DNA from: the human T2T-CHM13v2.0 reference genome, Homo sapiens
DNA length: 64,000 bases
Direction of reading: 5' to 3'
NCBI GenBank assembly: GCA_009914755.4
Contig: CP086569.2
Coordinates: forward strand, 18,624,001-18,688,000
Made by a program: the position numbers and the translations under genes. Positions 58,043 to 64,000 of the stretch are shown here, piece by piece (the first letter of the stretch is position 1; each line of letters starts with the position of its first letter). The notes below the pieces were generated by a model that was not told the DNA's origin, did no database searches, and worked only from the letters and a program-made list of their open reading frames with translations.

Positions 58043-58261
58043 GCAACCTCTACCTTCCAGGTTCAAGTGATTCTACTGCCTCAACCTCCTAAGTAGCTGG
58101 GATTACAGGCGTGTGCCACCACACCCAGCTACTTTTGTATTTGTAGTAGGGGTGGTTTCACCATGTCCTCTAAGCTTGCCTCGAACTGCCATCTTCAGGT
58201 GATCTGTATGCCTTGGCCTTTAAAAGTGCTGGGATTAGAGGTGTGAGCCACCATCCTCAGC
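58043..58261 (-). mobile_element. Alu SINE fragment, antisense
   Basis: GCAACCTCTACCTTCCAGGTTCAAGTGATTCTACTGCCTCAACCTCCTAAGTAGCTGGGATTACAGGCGTGTGCCACCACACCCAGCTACTTTTGTATTTGTAGTAGGGGTGGTTTCACCATG…AAAAGTGCTGGGATTAGAGGTGTGAGCCACCATCCTCAGCC. Confidence 0.8.
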
Positions 58262-58264
58262 CTA

Positions 58265-58628
<364 letters not shown>

Positions 58629-59783
58629 TAGATGTGTTTCTACTACACGGAGATTTATTGGTTCTAATATTTTCAGGTGTTTTATTTATTTGTTGAGTTT
58701 TCTGGCTAATGTATTGTTCATTTTTTGTTGTTTCTGCCTAAGTCCTTTTCTTTCAGGAGATTCAGTCAATTAAACTTAAATTATCTCCAGAGTATGGCCC
58801 AAAATCACTTCATGCATTATAACTGGTATTAATTCTTTGGCTTTGCAGGAGTATTTATTGCCCTGCTAGTGCCACCAACTGCCCTCGCTATTACTAATTT
58901 TTATTTGCATAGAAGATTAAATCGTGAGATTGCACATTTTTGCATGTGTTTATAAACTTCTGCACTTACCTTTTAAAGAAAGGTAACACTTATCCCCAGT
59001 GACTCCTAATTCTATAAAATGTATATTTTTTATATATTTTACTATCTTGGAAGTCTAAATGCAGATCTGAATGAAATTAGTTCTTACAAAATTTACAGTA
59101 CTCGTGAAAATCAGTATAGTAACAGACAAGTCATATGGAAATGAATTGTTTAGCTACATTTTGATATTCCAAGTCACAGCTCCAAATTTAAGGATGAGTA
59201 GAAAATCTACCACTAACATGTTAAATCACATGAGTTGACAAATAAAACTTATGAGATTATTTTTGAGCCATACTTTCTTCTGTCTCACTCTACCCTCATT
59301 CCTTAATTTAAGGTTATATTCATATCCCTCATTGCTATTTAGAATGCCCATTAGGCTGAATGAGAATAATATTAAAAGGAGCAGAAAAAAACCACTAACT
59401 AAATTCCATTTTCATTTTTTTTTTTAAAAGCTATCATTATCTTATGACTGATAAAAATTGAATAGGAAAATTTTCAGAATTGTGAAAACTAAATAAAACT
59501 AAACAGGGATGTATTTCAGTTAGAGGAACAATGATTATCCCATCCTTAATCTTGTTAGGGAACTATTTGTATTCTATTTACTTGTTGGAAACAGAATGAG
59601 AGACATTTGTGTCGTCACTTACCTCACCATAGATCCTAAAGGAAGAACGTGCCAAAAAAAGTAATGTAGCTTTATTTCTTCTAAAGTCTTTGTTGAAAAA
59701 CATTAGGGTAATTTGATCCAAAAGTACTTACACAGTAATAAAGTTCACGGCAAATGACATCAGAATCTGTCAATAGCTTTTCA

Positions 59784-59975
<192 letters not shown>

Positions 59976-61749
59976 TCAAACTCTTCTTGTCAGTGAATCC
60001 AGTATAGTTCTGTATCAAATCCAAACAGAAGAAAACAAGATTCTGTATAATTCACTATTCATGGAAAATGTAAAAAGGTAAGTATGGATCACTAATCACA
60101 ATAAAACATATATATCTGGTTTAGGAAATATTGAACCACCACTTGACATATGCAGTCAATTAAAGCATTTGACATAATTTAGTCAATATGTCAAATAACT
60201 TGACATATTATTTCTTCAGCAAACAATGTTTCAAGGAAATAGACAATAAAACTTCTATGATGCCTTAACTACCTCTTAACACCAAGATGATACTCCTGTC
60301 TTCAAGTAGTAAGAAGAAAGGGATATATTTCTCATAAGTTTTCTTTTGGTGCTCTACAGTCAATGTCTGCTGCTGACATTGACTAAAACAAAATGGCACA
60401 AGGTCTAAGCCAAGTCCAACCATGATGACACTAAGAAAACTATCTAGCAGATATTTCTGATTTGGAAAGGAATACAAAACAGTGAGCCCTTTAAGTTCCA
60501 CTTATTGTTAGATGTTGGTCATTTTGCATTTAAAATACTGTTTCTTGGCGTGATGCTATGAAGTTATTAATCAAGTAAAGTTTCAATATAAATAGAATGG
60601 AAATCCAGACTTTGCATGGTTATAGAAGATGTAAATTCTATTTTGTTGGGGGGTATGAAATAGCTCATATTAGGTTCTTTCTAGACAAACTGTCAGAGAA
60701 ATTAATGATATATTGTGAAGGTCAATTAGTCATTATGGGTGGGAAGCAATCAATATTCAACAAAAATGGCTAAAAAGGAAGATAAAAGGCAACAGTACTT
60801 TTAAATCCAGTAAATATTGGAAAGGAATTTAGACAGCTTTTCTGAATAAAAATTCTGTTAATATAATAAAAAGGCATGAAATGTGTAAGAATATAATGCA
60901 AATTATCAGAGAGAGAACATAATATTTCCCAAGAAGATGTTGGTCATTTGTTAAAATATATCAATGGGAAAAATAGAAGTAGCAGTTTAAAAAAGTGGGA
61001 GGGAAGAATCAAGAAGTTACCTATTTTGTTTTTATTTGATAATATGTTCATTTCCTGAACTTTCTTTGCATTGCTTTTATTCTCATAACTTATCATAAAC
61101 ATCCTTTCCTCCAATTTGTTAAGTTTTATACTGTACAGTATTAAATTCCTCAACTTCTGTTGTTTGTTATTCTGATCTAAATCACACCTTTATCTATATG
61201 CACGTATTTATTCAAAGACAAAACCTTTATCACGTTTTAAAATACATCCTCCTGGACCCAACCCATCAATGTGATTGATCTTTTCCTCTTTCGTGTAATT
61301 TCTTTTGTTCTCTTCTTCACTGCCCTGATTTCCTTATCACACATATATAAAAACTCCATATTTTATGATCCACAACAGAAACTGTCTCTTTTGGTACTGA
61401 CATTTTTCTCTGCTTTTAATATCAACAGAGAATTTCTATTAGTGATTTTCTTTCCATCAGTTCATATACTGTCTCAGGTTTTATCCCACAACAAGGAAGT
61501 CACAGTCCTTTCTCAAAGGCCATCGGTGACACCCTAATTGCTAAATTTAAAATGTTACATTGAATTTCAGGTGAGTATTTTTTCCATTGGTAATATGCTC
61601 TCATTTGAAAATTCCACTTACCTTACCAGTCAGGCACTCATCCCCAACAGTCTACCAAATATACTATACTTAAAATAATCACCTTTTTTTGGCCAAATAT
61701 TTATATATATATATATATTAATTTTAATTTCTTGTCTTTGGTTTTTTTT

Positions 61750-62032
61750 TTGTTTGTTTACTGAGACAGGGTCTGCCTCTGTTGTCCAAGCTGGAGTGCA
61801 GTGGTGCAATCAAGAACTCACTGCAGCTTCAAACTCCCATGCTCAAGTGATCTTTGCACATCAGCCTCCTGGGCGACTTTGACTACAGGCCACCCAGACT
61901 AGCTAATTTTGGTAGAAACAGGGTCTCTCCCATGTATCCTAGGCTGGACTTGAGTTTCTAGGACCAATCCATCTGCCTGCCTCAGGCTTCCAAAGTGCTA
62001 GCATTGGAGGTGCAAGCCACCAGGCCTGACCA
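61750..62032 (-). mobile_element. Alu SINE (AluJ-like), antisense
   Basis: TTTTGTTTGTTTACTGAGACAGGGTCTGCCTCTGTTGTCCAAGCTGGAGTGCAGTGGTGCAATCAAGAACTCACTGCAGCTTCAAACTCCCATGCTCAAGTGATCTTTGCACATCAGCCTCCTGGGCGACTTTGACTACAGGCCACCCAGACTAGCTAATTTTGGTAGAAACAGGGTCTCTCCCATGTATCCTAGGCTGGACTTGAGTTTCTAGGACCAATCCATCTGCCTGCCTCAGGCTTCCAAAGTGCTAGCATTGGAGGTGCAAGCCACCAGGCCTGACC. Confidence 0.85.
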
Positions 62033-63067
62033 AATATAAGTTACTTCTTAGACACCCTCTTCCTTGAACAATTCCTGATGAATTTGCTCCCAATCTCCCA
62101 GTTATCTCTGCCTGTATGATGGATTTCTGAATGGTACTATGAGTCCCACATGGTTGTCTCCAGCCAGTCTCTTACCAAACCCAAATCATATATGACTCTA
62201 TTGCACATATTCATGTTTAACAGGCAATTTGATCTCAAGGCTATACACTGAATTCTGATGTTCCTTCCAAACAACTTCCCTCCCCCAAGTGTTTCCCATT
62301 TCACCTGATAGTAATTACATCCTGTTGCAAAGGCCTAAAACTGAAAGGTCATCCTTGATGCTTTTCTTTTCATCTCCTCATTTCTATTAGTCCTCAAATT
62401 CTTCATGTTTTCCTTTTAAAACAGGTCCAGAATCTAACCACTTTTCCCTATTTTTCATGCTGTCATCCAGATACAGGTTATCCACATTTCTCATCTGATT
62501 AGCTCAGCCTCTTTACTGATCTCCTACCTTCCACTATTACAAGTATTACACTATTACCACTATTACAACTAGGTGAATTATATCTCAGATACTATAAAAT
62601 TAACCATTTTAAAGTACACATTCAGTGATTTTCAGGATATTCTCAATGTTATGCAACCATCACTATTATTTAAATATAGAACGTTGCCCTTACCTTAAAA
62701 AGTAACTCTACCTATGAGCATTCAATACCAGCTTCCCTTTTTCCTAAGCTAAAACCATGGTCTTTATAATGTAACAAACAACCATATATTATTTTCTTCT
62801 TATTCTCTTTTGCATGTCTTCTTCTACCATCCTCTTTCTTTGCTCAAATCTCCTTTGAGCTTATACTATTCACATGCTTATAAATGAACCCCAAATCCTT
62901 ATCCTTCTTACATAAAAATAAAATCAATAGACGTTGTCACTACTTTCCACTAAAGTGAAAATGTAAGTTCCATCAGTACCTGGATTTTTGTCTTTGGTCA
63001 GGTGAACTGGCATAAACAATACCTGATGTATTCACAGTTAATTTGATCTTTTCTTATTTATTTATTC

Positions 63068-63310
63068 TTTTTTGGCACGTGAGTGGGGTGTGATTAAATC
63101 TTGCTCTGTTGCTCAACCTGGAGTGGCAGGATCTCAGTTAGCTGCAACTTCTGCCTCTCAGGTTCAAGCAATTCTCCTGAGTCAGCCTCCCGAGTAGCTG
63201 GGACCTCAGGCACCTGCCAGCCCAAACGGAAGTTTTTTGTTGTTGTTGTTGACATTTTTAGTACCGACTGAGTTTTGCCATGTTGGCTCGGCTGGTCTCA
63301 AACTCCTGAA
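63068..63310 (-). mobile_element. Alu SINE, antisense, truncated
   Basis: TTTTTTGGCACGTGAGTGGGGTGTGATTAAATCTTGCTCTGTTGCTCAACCTGGAGTGGCAGGATCTCAGTTAGCTGCAACTTCTGCCTCTCAGGTTCAAGCAATTCTCCTGAGTCAGCCTCCCGAGTAGCTGGGACCTCAGGCACCTGCCAGCCCAAACGGAAGTTTTTTGTTGTTG…GTTTTGCCATGTTGGCTCGGCTGGTCTCAAACTCCTGA. Confidence 0.8.
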
Positions 63311-63522
63311 TTTGAATGCAATATATTCCATAGACAAGGCAATACTAGTGAGTTTTTAAATTATAAAGCTGTTTTTGTTCATTAATAATAGTTTACTTTG
63401 AAAGTCTATTTTCATTTAGAAAAAGTTAACTCATGTTTTTTTTGTCTGTTTTTGATCAACTAGTTTAAAATTTTGTAGCTATCAGGTACATATGTAAAAT
63501 CATTTATGTCAGACAATATTAA

Positions 63523-63856
<334 letters not shown>

Positions 63857-64000
63857 TAATATATGTATTTCTTAAGTGTTCCCCTATATTTGGTGTTGGT
63901 AACTAAACTGAGTTTTATTGAATCATATGTTTCCTTAGTGTAAAAAGAAGCCAAATTTAATGGTACAAAATGTTTATATTTAAAATGTATTCATGAGAAA

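Noticed and set aside
57716-58070. ORFs containing CVCVCVYIYTATHTHIHTH
   Set aside because: Translation of the (GT)n/(CA)n/(TA)n compound microsatellite at 57938-58012.

Overview
This 64 kb window reads as human (primate) nuclear DNA, not a prokaryotic locus. It is AT-rich and dominated by interspersed repeats: at least 25 Alu SINEs in both orientations, two full-length but ORF-disrupted L1PA-type LINEs in inverted orientation (about 14.4-21.3 kb on the minus strand and 28.3-34.5 kb on the plus strand), several ancient L1M fragments, and MaLR/ERV-like LTR pieces. I could find no intact protein-coding gene. The only protein-like signals that are not transposon ORFs are two intronless retrocopies, both with stops and frameshifts. 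One is a CDY/CDYL-family pseudogene (chromodomain plus enoyl-CoA-hydratase-like domain) at about 4150-5729 on the plus strand. The other is a gamma-actin (ACTG1) processed pseudogene with poly(A) tail and recognisable 5' and 3' UTRs at about 38822-40758 on the minus strand, inserted into an old L1. Two non-transposon repeat structures stand out. One is a roughly 1.3 kb, highly degenerate, single-orientation (CCCTAA)n telomere-like array at about 7075-8395. The other is a CpG-retaining tandem repeat of about 78 bp in four units at about 11858-12173. The supplied six-frame ORF track allows GTG/TTG starts; its other entries match translations of L1 ORFs, simple repeats, or the actin retrocopy, or have no recognisable homology. 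No CRISPR array, operon-like gene cluster, tRNA or rRNA was seen. The retrocopy, telomere-like array and repeat density suggest a gene-poor subtelomeric, pericentromeric or Y-ampliconic setting, but the sequence alone cannot establish this.
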